DNA of 56,394 bases from positions 1 to 56,394 of the forward strand of contig QPGO01000321.1 in the NCBI GenBank assembly GCA_008632985.1. The letters are read 5' to 3'. The notes beneath the pieces were generated by a model that saw only the letters and a list, made by a program, of their open reading frames with translations, was not told the DNA's origin and ran no database searches. The stretch is from Psammoneis japonica (lineage: Eukaryota). Position numbers and translations under genes: made by a program. Positions 12,318 through 26,849 of the stretch are shown here, piece by piece. Positions within the stretch are counted from its first letter, which is position 1, and every line of letters starts with the position of its first letter.

Positions 12318-13871
12318 AGATGACAACAAGAGAGTTCTGACCATGTGGCAAATGACTGTCATTCAAACAATCTCACAAGATGCCAGCAAGAACGTAAAAA
12401 CCATGCAGCAGGATTTTTGGACATTTTTCATTCGAACTTGCTGGTTGACCCTTTTCAGAAAACACAGTGTGATGCACTTGATGGCAAACATTTGTGACAT
12501 GATCCAAAGCACTCATTGCCACAATTTGTGTGTTGTTGTCACAACCCACCATCTTGTTGTCTAGAACCACCAAAGTTCATTGTGTGCAGGATGAGGTTTC
12601 TAAATCCAAACAAAAATGATTGCACTCTTGCACAACTGATGCAGGTGTGGAGAAAACTGCTTGAGGACCAGCATTGCACACACCCATCTGAAAAAACATC
12701 ATTTGCCACTGACCAATTTTGAAACAACACACAAGAAAGGATTGACACCCTTGTTCCAATCGGCGGCAGCTGCATGAATTGCCATCATCATGGGCAGAAC
12801 TCTCAAGTGCAGGAAAATTTCCCCACTCACCATGCTGTCATGATGCATTTCCAGTGTTTCATCAATGCCCAACTCTTTGAGAATTTGGAAGGGGATGGTG
12901 CACTGCCCATGACATCCAAGACATTGAATTTGAAGGACAGAATGGAAAATTGCACCATCAAGAATGAGGTCCCTTTGCCATCATCAATGGGCTGGCATCC
13001 CACATGAGAGTGGGACACAAGAGAAAGTTGCCAGCAAAGAGAAATGATCTGCACAGGTTTTCCAGAGAGACCAAGCATCTTGTTCATTTCTTGTTGATTG
13101 GCAACTTTTGCCTGGCTTGGCAGTTTCTCCAGGAAGAGGGATGACAGGATGCAATTTTTTTAGAGTTTGCCAGCAACAGAACCCATGGAATCAACAATCA
13201 GTTGGCCCACGATTGCAATCTGTCAGCACTGGTTTGCCGATGATCTCACCCATGCAAACCACAATCAGCTCCACACCCAACCTGTGGTTTGTTCTGTCTT
13301 TTGTGGCAGCTGCGTTGCACCCACCTAAAAGTGTGATCAACCATGGTCAATTGATGACATTGCATCTTTTTTTTGAACAACTCTCAACCAGAGTTGTTTT
13401 GAGAGAACTTGCACACAACAACTTGTCTGATCACTGAATTTGATCTCAATGAGATTTGTTTGTGGCTTGGTGTGACACAAAATTGTTGATGTTGAAAACA
13501 GGGTGGCTGTTGCCACGTGCTTGTGGTGGATGACACTGTTTGCTGGGGCTGCTTTGCAATTCACATCACCAAAAACAAAAAGCAATGCCGGCTGAGGTGG
13601 GTGTTGCTTGTGCTTTGTTGCTGTTGTTTGCCCCTTGCCAAACAGCATCAAAAGTGAGCTGCACCAACAACAGACAGCCCAAGTGAACTCTCTTCTGTGT
13701 TGAGCTCTGCTGTTGACACACCACTGTTTTGGAGCATTTCCTTGAACAAACACACAAAGAACTCCACAGTGTGTGGCCGTCCTGCAAAGTGAGGAAAGTT
13801 CCACAGATTGATTCTGTGGTGTTGGCAAACAGGTGTCATGTCATGGGCAGGTCACTGAATGAAAACCAAAT

Positions 13872-14933
13872 TTGGTTGCACTTGCAGAGTCTCATTCAGC
13901 ATCACCACCACCACACTCTTTGGGAAAATCAACAATGGAAAAAGAACTTGGCATTGACTGCAATGACTTGTTTCTAGATCATGTCAACCCAGCCCACTGT
14001 TTGTTGCATGGGGAGGGATGGCTGCTGCCAGAAAAGGTGTTGAACAAGCTTTCCAATGGCAAGAGGAAATCTGTGTTTAAAGGGACAGACCAGTTTTGGC
14101 GGGTGATGAAAACAGCACCTGCAGGAGATTTTCATGCACCCAATGGTTGTTTGGAGGACCCACTGGAGATGGATGCAGAGGCTTTCTCTGCCATCAAACA
14201 GACACCATGCTGTGGAGCCCAGAAAATGACACAGTTGATTTGTGAACAGATGGAGCCAACAACAAACTCCAGATGCTGGGCACAACCAAGAACAGAGGTG
14301 CTGCTCTGGTTGATGTGTCACCTTTTCCAATGTGCAGCGGCATTGTCAACACAGAAGTTGGGCACAACCAGAAGACAGGAAAGAAACACACAATGCCAAA
14401 AGTTGCCTTTTTCCATGAAACAACACAAGGAGGTTGTTCAAGCAGCATGGAAAGGGTGCACAAAAGCTCTGTTGCAACACTGCAACCCCTCCAATGTGTT
14501 GTTGCTTGGTGTGTCTTTGGAAAAAGCATTGGAAAATCTGAGCTGCTTCAGTTCATCACATCAGAACTCAAAGCCAACTGCCCAGGATGCTTGCTGCACC
14601 CCAGCTGCAATGCACATTGGGGGGGAAACATGGCCCCCTTGCTGCAGTCATTGTGTGACAAAGCAAACGCATGTTTGGTGCCATCACAATTGTTTTTGCT
14701 GGAAAGGCAACTGTGGCAATGAGAATGAAAAATCTGATGCAAATGCAGCATCTGTGGCTGAGATTGTTGTCAAAGAGGACACTGTTGACAAAGAGCAGTT
14801 GCACTTGGAAGAAGAAGATGCATTTTGTGTTGATGATTCATTGAGTGATGATTGCAATGGAGACAACACCACAAGTGCTGCATTGCCCTTGCAAGAATTC
14901 TCTCTGGATGAGTCTGTCATGGATTCCTCCTGA
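13872..14933 (+). pseudogene. Decayed ORF of unknown origin, probably TE-associated
   Basis: 353-aa frame with no tyrosine and many Cys/His, inside block 1, convergent with the Plavaka-like remnant. Confidence 0.35.
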
Positions 14934-14999
14934 CCCATGACAGATCATGGAAAAACATTCACAGGGTGACTTGCTGTTGATTGAACCTCTTGACAACAG

Positions 15000-17900
15000 C
15001 ACCAAATCTTTGGCATCCTTGGGTCTCTTTCCTTGGAAATGGCAGACCCAAACATTGCACTTTGACAGTTTCCGGTCAGTTGACATTGCAAAGTTGTGGC
15101 ACACTCATTGGTTCACCAGCATTCATCCAAATGTTCAGTGTCCAAACATTCCTCCACATCAAGGAATTAGTTGCATTGCACCAGTCAATTCTTGGTGGTG
15201 GAACAATGACAAAGCAAGTGGCATCCTCTGAACTGTTGGGAAATGGGTTGAGTGGCAACCTTGTTGATGGAAGAACAAAGGCAGCAGACAACACATCCAA
15301 AGCCTCAACAACTCTGATTTCAGACTCTGTTTCATCTCCCATGAAAAAGGTCAAGAGAGAATCTTGGGTTGGTGTGAAGCTCTCAAGCAATTAAATTGCA
15401 CAAACTGTGGATTTCTGTTCCATCATTTGATTTTCCAAGGTTGCCCACAACAACACATGAGCTGCAACCAAATGGCTCTTTTTGTTCTTTTCCCACTTCA
15501 CCATGGCCCAGGTGTGCCAACTCCTTTGTTCCCACGGATGCAAGTGAAAGTTTGTGTGACATCTCAGAACATCATGTTCACCATCAGCTGTGCCCAGAGC
15601 ATTGAATCCAAAGTGAAAGTTCACAACATCAATGGGGAAGGCTTTGTTCTGTTCTGCATGATCCAGCAAAGATGTCACCCAGTCATTGTCACAATGGCCT
15701 GGGACAAACAGATGTGATGGTGTCTGCAGCTGTTTGTCTCCACATTTTAGAGACCATGTGGCATTGTTGCCATTTGTGCAGTTTGAGTCCAGCAATGGGG
15801 TCTGTGCATCGATGACTTGATGATCGAGACACAGGAGCCTTGCCTCTTGTGCATGCAGCCAACCCACCTCCAGCAGATGCTCCTCCAACTCCCTCACCAC
15901 AAGGTCCTCACAGTGGCAATTCTTCATGTCAAGGTCAAGACAATCTTGCCAACTTGTGTTTTGGCAGGTTGTTTCAAAAGCATCTTAAGGTGCATGTGCA
16001 GAAGTGGCACACAGCAGTGCAATGTTGGACAGATTGGGGCTGTGCAATTGACTGCAATTTGGACAACAAATTGCCACTCATCAATGCTGACAATGATGAC
16101 AAGATGACTTTGCAACAGGCACTTGACATGTCAATCAATTGCATCATTGTGAACACAAACATGCAAAGAACCCCCCCCCCCCAAATGAGCTCTTGATTGT
16201 TCAATGGTCAAATGCACAAAATGACTGTAAAAAAACTGACCTTGGTGTTGGCGCGATGTTTTGCTGTTGAATGGAGGTCACTTGTGGGGACTTTCATGGC
16301 CATGACTGAACACATTTTTAAACTTAACAAACTGAATGTGTGCAAGGACATGAGACTCTGGGACACATCGCTGATGTGGCAAACATTGCAACAACACACC
16401 ACATTCATGTTGCCACCTTTTGGTGACATGTGCGCAGCATGCTGCACATTTTGTGCACAGCAGAAATTGTGAAAAATCAAATCATTGTGCCTTCACCAAA
16501 AAATTGCTGGCATTGCCACACTGATGAGTGTAAAACAGAAAGTGAAGAAAACCGTGGAACTTGGACATGTGAAGACCAGACCAAGAATGATGCTCTGGGA
16601 ATGGGCTGACAACAAATTGAAACAATTTGAGACACTGGAGAATGCATTTCTGGAGTGGAGTGAGAAAGCTTTCCTTGTTTGAGGACAGGGCAATGCTCTG
16701 TCCAATCCCAAAGATGTGAACATCAGGTGGGCAAAGTGACTCTCCAGCAGCTCAAGGCTTTCATCTTCCTTTGAAAGCATGCTTTTCAATGCAGCAAATG
16801 TCAAAAGCAACACCAAACCAGGACACTCTTGGCTGGTTGGACAAGTCTGGTCAATGACATTGTTCTCAAATGGAGTTCTTGGCATCTTCCAATCACTTTG
16901 CCTTCTGGACACACGTGCAACAACTCTGAAGTGTCTCTTGAACTCAGCTTTGTCAAAGAGCTTGGGGTGCTCCTTGAAGGTGATGGAAGGTTGGTTGTCC
17001 ATTGTGCATTCCCCATCACCAAAATGGTTGCAATGCTGTGACAACATTTTTTCTGGGACTTGGCATGGGTTGAAGAAGGCACAAAGCAGATGGTTGCAAA
17101 GGCCCAAGCAAAAGGCACACAACAGTTCTCAGGGAAGCATGCCAAACATGCCACACCTTGGTCTGCCATGAGGGATGTCCCAAAACATGGGATGAGCAAA
17201 GTGCTGTGAAATGTCCTTGCACCATTCACAAACTGCAGTCACTTTGCCATGATGCCTTTCCTCCATGACTGGTGTGGCAGCCTCCACTGTCCCCTGGATG
17301 GCAGCTTGTTCCACCAAATTGCAGCCAAACAAGGGATTGTCACCAATGCTCTGTGGTGTGTCACAGCCCCCATTCATCCAAGACATGTTGCTCAAGTGGG
17401 AGCCTTTCATGTTTCCAATTGTCATGCAGCACAATCAAAAGTGGAGATGGGCAAAGCCAAGAGATGGCACCACAATTGGGAAACAAGTCTTTTGCTTTGA
17501 CAGTTGAAGCAACTCAGCGAATGTCTCCTGCAACATGACGTGGAAAAACTTGATGTGCTTCTCCTGTCTCAGCTTCAACTCTCAGTCAGCAATGCACTCA
17601 TTGCTGTTTTTTGGACATGGTGGCACCATTTCAAGTGTTGGCCAAAGGGAGTGCCTGTGGCAACACTTGTCACTCAAATTGCTCAATGTCACAAGAAACG
17701 TGTTGTGCTTGCAGACAACCTGCATTGTCACAAAAGGTGAAATCGTCAAACAGGACAATGGGGCAAACAAAGTGTGACCTGGAAGAAGGGCAGCCATTGC
17801 CCAGTTCAGCAAGGACCAGTTGAGCAAGGGCACATTTGAGATCACACTTGGCTTGCTTCCACCAGTGTTCAGCATTGAGGGAGCCACAAATGTGCTTGTT

Positions 17901-18774
17901 TGTTTTGGGGCAGCACTTTTCCTGGTGCAACCACTGACACAACTTGACAACCTGGGGATCATGGAACACCCTTCTCACACAATGCAGAAAGGAAATTGGC
18001 ACACATGCACTGGGGGGAGCTTGGGCCCCACATGCACAGTGGAGCAAATGGGCTCCAGGCCCACATGATTGCTGGCACACTTGGCTTTCATGTGTTGCAA
18101 GGTGGCAGAGCAGGACAAAAACTTGCACTCATGGTCACTCTCCTTGGCATGTCTGGCCCAAGAGAGAAATGCCTTGCACAAACTGTGAGAGAGACAGCAC
18201 TTCTTCATCATCACAAAACAGACTCTTCCTCCACTGGGTGAAGTTTCTTGGTGGTGTTGGTTTCATGAATGTGTGGAGGTTGCAATGGCTGAGCTTCTTC
18301 CATCTCCTCTAAATCCAGTGCATCAAAGCAGTGCAAGCAATCATCTTCTTCATGGACACTGCAGTTGTTGTCCTCATTGGAGAGGGAAGTGGATGAGCAA
18401 AAATGATGCACTGAGAGAACATCAAACTCCTCCTCCAGAAAAAGCACATCATCACAGCAGAAACCATCATCAGGTGGGTCTTGAGCAATGGAGCTGATGC
18501 CAAGTTCATCCACCACTGATGCATGAGAATCAATGACATTGTCATCAAAGGTGAAATCTCCCCCTTGTTCATTGGGGGGGAGATTGCCATGGGTGGATGA
18601 TTGAAACTCTTGACTGCTGACAGGAGGAAACAAAAAAAGGTGCAACAGATCACCATCATGAAGAGACAGGGACATGAATCCTTTGGTGCTTGAATCAAGG
18701 GAATGATTGAGAGGTCCTGATCCATCAAAAAAGCTTGAGGCACCGTTGCTGCTCAGGGAGTGGTTGGGAGACAA
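15000..18774 (-). mobile_element. Decayed Plavaka-like DNA transposase
   Basis: Fragments across frames: ICGSLNAEHWWKQA, FVCPIVLFDDFTFCDNAGCLQAQ, WDIPHG..CGMFGMLP*ELLCAFCLGL, RRQSDWKMPRTPF..TSQECPGLVLLL, LKQPAKTQ, LRCHTNF..SWHTWAMVKW. These match the Plavaka motif order as I recall it once C/H are read back to Y/R. Confidence 0.7.
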
Positions 18775-20058
18775 AGTTGCATGGTTGAGGCCAAAATGGA
18801 AGAAAGAAGAACACTGGGGACACCTTTGAAAATGTCAGCAGAGAGCACCCTGGTCCTTGTTGTCAGACATCCAACCAGGACAGAGAGGATTGCAACAGGG
18901 GTGTGCCATTGTCATTGGCAGATGTCAAACAGGAGGGCATTTTGTGAGGTGTGCAGTGGAAGGACAGATTTGGCAGAAACAGAGCAAAACAAAAGGGAGA
19001 AAGCTTGCAAATGGAAAGAACAGGGGAAAATGTGTGCGAACTTCACAAGTTGAAAATGTGGATCCAATCGAAAACCATCAAGAAACAAAATTGACATCCG
19101 TGCAAATTGAAGATCTGTGGACACAATCAGCACAGTTGTGAACATTTCAATTGTTGGCAAGTGACGCTCTGGTTGAGCATGGAAACATGTCACAGACTTG
19201 TGAAAGCTTTGCTTTTCTGACAATTCAAACTCAAACTCTTGTTTCTGCACCTCAGAAACACCACTTTCTGCACTGCTCCAACTGCCACCATCGTTGCACT
19301 TGCAGGAGCACAAAAGAGGTGTGCTGGTGAATCACGGACAAACCACAGAGGACAAACAAGCTGTGGATGCTGCAGCAAAACCAACTTTGCCAAAAAGAAA
19401 GAACAATGTTTTTGATCTGGCTCAACAAGCTTCTCCAATTGACAAACCTTTTTCTCCACGTGGTGCTCCCAGCCTTTCTTTCTCTCTCTCACAAGAGAGG
19501 ACAGAGACAACGAGAGCTGCTTTTGCTGGGTGCAGCTGATGCTATGTTCCTTGAGAGGACTTCTGGCAATGAAACATGGTGTGGTTTGGAAATTTCTGAA
19601 CAAGCACGTGGTGTGCTCCTTTCTCTTTTGATTGGGGCGGCAAGACAGGTGGAGAGACAGAGCACACACCAGCACAAGCACTTGGCGGCATGGCTTTGGG
19701 TGTGCTGGAAACAGAGGCAAGGGGAACAAGCCATGTCATTGACTGCAATTGCAGTGCAAGATCGAGCTAAAAAGACTTGATAGAAAGATGCAATCAACTG
19801 CATTGTGAGAGGATCCAGAGAAGCTGCCCACTGCGCTGCGCTGTGCCGGCAAATAAATCAGCCATGCACATCCGTCCGTCCGCCGTCCGCCCGCTCGCAT
19901 CCGTCCGTCCAGATTTGGATTGAAGATCGGTTGCGATGACGGATGACTGGTTATTGACGCGATGAGATTTGCATTATCCAGGCACAACCTTCACCTCCCA
20001 CACCAACGACGAGGCAAGGAGTCATCGGTGGGTTTGATATGAGCCGTTCGCCTAGTAA

Positions 20059-23245
<3,187 letters not shown>

Positions 23246-23480
23246 TGTGGAACGATGTCAGTCCAAGGAAGAAAGGATACATGGTGTAATCTTGCTACGG
23301 TTGTCCTTTTCATATAAGTTGAAAGGTCGGAAGCTGTGTTTCTGCTACATCATGCCGGTAGCATGCCGTCAACATCGCAACGCGCCTCCCTTCCTCTTGG
23401 CTATTTCCCGTCCTCTCGCTAAAGGAGCTTGCTAGAGTATCCCGCTCCCACCCCTTTCACCCATCTATCTTCGACTAACT

Positions 23481-23530
23481 CAAGCTACTAGCTACTCTAC
23501 TCTCTAGAGTAGAGTAGTAGCTAGCTAGAG
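23481..23530. repeat. Short inverted repeat (12-bp arms CTACTCTACTCT / AGAGTAGAGTAG) in a CTAG/CTAC-rich intergenic tract
   Basis: Read directly; 2-nt spacer, imperfect extension with AGCT/CTAG. Confidence 0.7.
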
Positions 23531-23939
23531 ACCTGCCGTTCGTCGTCACGTCGCTCGGTCGGTCGCGTCATGCATGCATAGCATACACAGTGTAATGTTA
23601 GGGTCCTAGCTCTAGAGAGCTACTTTAGTTGTACCGTACTACTGTAGTCTATGTACCAGCCCAGGTTAAGAGTAGAGGAGTCTGTCCAGCGTTCACCGAA
23701 CTTGACCGAACACCGGCCGAACACCCTGCAGTGGCTGGTGGCTGAACCATGGACCATGGTACGGTAGTCTAGTCTACAGCATCGTCACTTCCCACTTCTG
23801 CGTTTTCAATTGATCTCAATCAACCAACCAACATCGCCTCTACAGTATGATACAGCTTCGAAACGCCTCAATCGAACTCGTCCACCGATCGGACCAATCA
23901 CACGTCACACAGCACGCCAGTCACCGCAGCATCAATACA

Positions 23940-24428
23940 ATGAGAGTCTGGCTCACAATATGCTTGAACATCTTGCTCGCTTCAAGTGCCGCTGCCTTCA
24001 TTGTTCTTCCCAAGAAGATTCAGTTGAGCCATCGAACGCTTCTTGCTGCCCGAAAGGACGAGAACGGAGCCAACGACGAACATTACACCTATGTAGAGGG
24101 CGCTGAGTATGATGATATGAAGACAGAAATTGAATCGCTGGGTGGCGACCCTTTCTTTCTTGATGAAGATGATGAAGACGCCGAAGCGTCAGATTCTAAA
24201 AAAACAGAAATTGAATCGCTTGGCGGGGATCCTTTCTTTCTTGACGATGATGAAGACGAGATGGTAATGCCAGGCGTTATGAGCGCCATTGGAGTAGAAG
24301 AAACGATTGAGCGATTGGATCCGAATGGCGAAGGACCATCACCAACAAACGAAGACAGCAGCCAAGAGTACGATGACAGAGCGACAGAAGTTGAATCGAT
24401 CGGGGGAGATCCGTTCTTTCTCGATGAA

Positions 24429-24459
<31 letters not shown>

Positions 24460-24860
24460 CTCTTGCTGCAGGCGTTTTGAGTGTTATAGGAGTAGAAGAT
24501 ACGATTGAGCGATTTGAGGGATTTGCTTCGGCTGGAGAAGGACCAACACCAACAAGAGAAGAGAACACTCTAGACTTTCAAGATAGAATGTCTGAAATTG
24601 AAATGCTGGGTGGAGATCCTTTCTTTCTCGGAGAGGGTGGCGACCACGAGATTGAGCCAGACAGTGCGGGGACGGAAGCCGCTCAAGTTGAATCCTTATC
24701 TAGTCGAGGAGTGATGAGTGTCATCGGAGAAGAAGACACGGAGGAACGATTTGTTACGGACGGCAAGGGCCCAACACCAAAGGGAACAGAGAACACTTTT
24801 TTTGATGGGGAAATGTGGGATGGTACAATCGATGAAGAGGCTCATTTTGACTTTGACTAG
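23940..24860 (+). CDS. Acidic repeat protein (306 aa) with signal peptide and probable plastid transit peptide
   Basis: MRVWLTICLNILLASSAAA-F resembles the diatom ASAFAP cleavage motif. Four E(I/V)E(S/M)(L/I)GGDPFFL repeats; C-terminus WDGTIDEEAHFDFD. Confidence 0.8.
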
Positions 24861-24994
24861 AATAACATGTGGTACCGTAATTATGCATAAGAATTGAAAA
24901 GGCTTTTGGCCACCGTACCGGTACAGTACCTATCATCGGAGACGCCCATACCGTGGAGTAGGTTAAACTCCATACTCAATTATGCTCATCCACT

Positions 24995-26470
24995 TTAACT
25001 CCTGATGGACGCTCGTCTTCGCAAAGCTTCAGCCACGGAGCGTTCTGCGTTGAGAATAAGCGTGAAGGTGCTTCCATGAGTATCCTCGGTCATGGCATAA
25101 ATTGCGTCTCTCAACTCAGAAGCAGATCCCGTTAAGGTTTCTCCATTGAGGTGAGTGACGACATCACCTCTGAGAATTCCTTGTCTTCCAGCTTCGCCTC
25201 TCACCGAGGAGACGAGAACTCGGCCTTTTTCAAAATCTATCCGAGCATCTCCAAACTCTTCGTCAGGATTGCCTTGGCTTAAAACATTTCTCACTCCTCT
25301 GTTAGTTGATCGCTTCTTTGAGACCCCCCATCTAGAAATCGTGATCTTGGAATACGCGTCCATGACCTTAAGCAACGAAAATAAAGAGGACGTGGTTAGT
25401 ATTATATCGATACAATCCAAGCAAGAATAATAATTCGAAAGCCAACTGACACTACCGTCCCATGTATCATCACAAAAGTCTAAACCGAAAAATTTGACCT
25501 TTCCAGGTATCGCCAGCTCCACTTCCTTGGGCATTCGCACGGGGAGTGGATGAAGCTTTAGATATTCCGTTTGTCTCTTGAAAGATGCCTGGAGCTGAGC
25601 TGGGGTTGCCACTGGAGTGGGGTGGTGCGTGATTTTAGGATTACCTTGGCCAGTGATAAAGGCTGCTTCGGCTTCTTCAATGAGTTGAAAGACGCTACTT
25701 CTTTTCTGCGCACCAAATTTCGCCTTGGTCGGTGAGCTTCGCCTTCTCTTGTTGCTTACAATGCCGTGTAGAATTGCAGCTGCATTCGCTAGCTTATCCG
25801 CGTCTCCCGACGTCATAAGTTCGGCAACGTATAGTTTCTCGGGTTCGGTCATTGTGAACTCTAATCCACCAAATAGAGTTTTGTCAATTTTTGGTGGATC
25901 ATTGGGTTTCGTCTTTGGGATCCGAAAGGAATTATGGACTCCAGCAATAATATCTGCTTCCACACCCCACTCCTCGTAGTCAATTTCATCGATTGCGCTG
26001 TCGTAATCATCATCTTCTTCTTCTTGGAGAACAAAATCGGGGTATTTCGATTTAAAGAAGTTGCTTTCTCGCTCTCTAGCCACTTCAATTGCTTTCTTAA
26101 CCTCAGGGTCGTCCATGACGCTTTTCATGCGGAGTTGCGAGGCACTTAGCTCCTCGTCTACCAAGTCTTGAGAAACCAGGAGAAAGTCGGCCTTGCGGAG
26201 AAGCAGGGTCTCACGAATAGTGGGCCCCAAGTCACTCCGACAGTTCGGACAGTGCAGCCAGACCTTGACGTGCATGTTTCCATCACTCGCCTCAACATAC
26301 TCGTCTTTGGAGCTCGTAATGAGCGACTCAATGCAGGTATGGCAAAAGTTGTAATTACACTGCTGCGTCTCACACATCAGTGGATGCTGGTGATCCGAAT
26401 CATGCATCGGATCAAGACAGATAGGGCAATCCACCTCTTCTGAACCTGTAGTAGAGTCAGACGTCATCAT
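24995..26470 (-). CDS. RING-finger protein with C-terminal PDZ-like segment; in-frame 84-nt intron 25367-25450
   Basis: CPICLD..C..CNYNFCHTC..CPNCR; VSSVRGEAGRQGILRGDVVTHLNG; GT..AG boundaries restore DGS/VMDAY. Confidence 0.8.
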   Translation of the reverse strand: MMTSDSTTGSEEVDCPICLDPMHDSDHQHPLMCETQQCNYNFCHTCIESLITSSKDEYVEASDGNMHVKVWLHCPNCRSDLGPTIRETLLLRKADFLLVSQDLVDEELSASQLRMKSVMDDPEVKKAIEVARERESNFFKSKYPDFVLQEEEDDDYDSAIDEIDYEEWGVEADIIAGVHNSFRIPKTKPNDPPKIDKTLFGGLEFTMTEPEKLYVAELMTSGDADKLANAAAILHGIVSNKRRRSSPTKAKFGAQKRSSVFQLIEEAEAAFITGQGNPKITHHPTPVATPAQLQASFKRQTEYLKLHPLPVRMPKEVELAIPGKVKFFGLDFCDDTWDGSVSWLSNYYSCLDCIDIILTTSSLFSLLKVMDAYSKITISRWGVSKKRSTNRGVRNVLSQGNPDEEFGDARIDFEKGRVLVSSVRGEAGRQGILRGDVVTHLNGETLTGSASELRDAIYAMTEDTHGSTFTLILNAERSVAEALRRRASIRS

Positions 26471-26486
26471 TGCTGCCGCCGTCTTA

Positions 26487-26575
26487 GTGATGGGTAAGTG
26501 TAGGTTCTTTCGATGGCAATGAAATCGGTGATGGGTAAGTGTAGAGTGTAGGTTCTTTCGATGGCAATGAAATCG
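26487..26575. repeat. 41-bp tandem duplication; the second copy has a 7-bp internal duplication; upstream of the RING gene
   Basis: GTGATGGGTAAGTGTAG..GTTCTTTCGATGGCAATGAAATCG at 26487-26527 and 26528-26575. Confidence 0.9.
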
Positions 26576-26849
26576 AATTCGCAATGGGGGGAAACATCAT
26601 CTCATCGGATTGGGATACAAAATCCAAAACACGCCGTTCGCAAGATAACGGTCATGATTTCATTTTAGAAGTATTAGAGAATTGATACTTCCATACTATA
26701 ATCATGAACATGATAAATATGCATACACAAATACGTTCATCTGTCTGCCTTTATCGGTACTCTGAAGAGTCAATATCGTACAGTATCGATACAATAGAGC
26801 ATCTGCAAAAGTAATGATGCGCGCGGGGAGAGGGAAAAAACGAATGCAA

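Larger units (their letters stand above)
8330..19800. mobile_element. TpA/CpG-depleted block 1: nested decayed transposon and gene remnants
   Basis: About 30 TA dinucleotides counted by eye in ~11.4 kb. ORFs are near Tyr-free and rich in Cys/His/Trp/Gln. Contains a Plavaka-like transposase remnant. Confidence 0.85.

Noticed and set aside
8330..19800. The many 60-200 aa overlapping ORFs in TA-depleted blocks as real small genes
   Set aside because: Explained by loss of TAA/TAG; Tyr-free, present in all six frames, no coherent domains.
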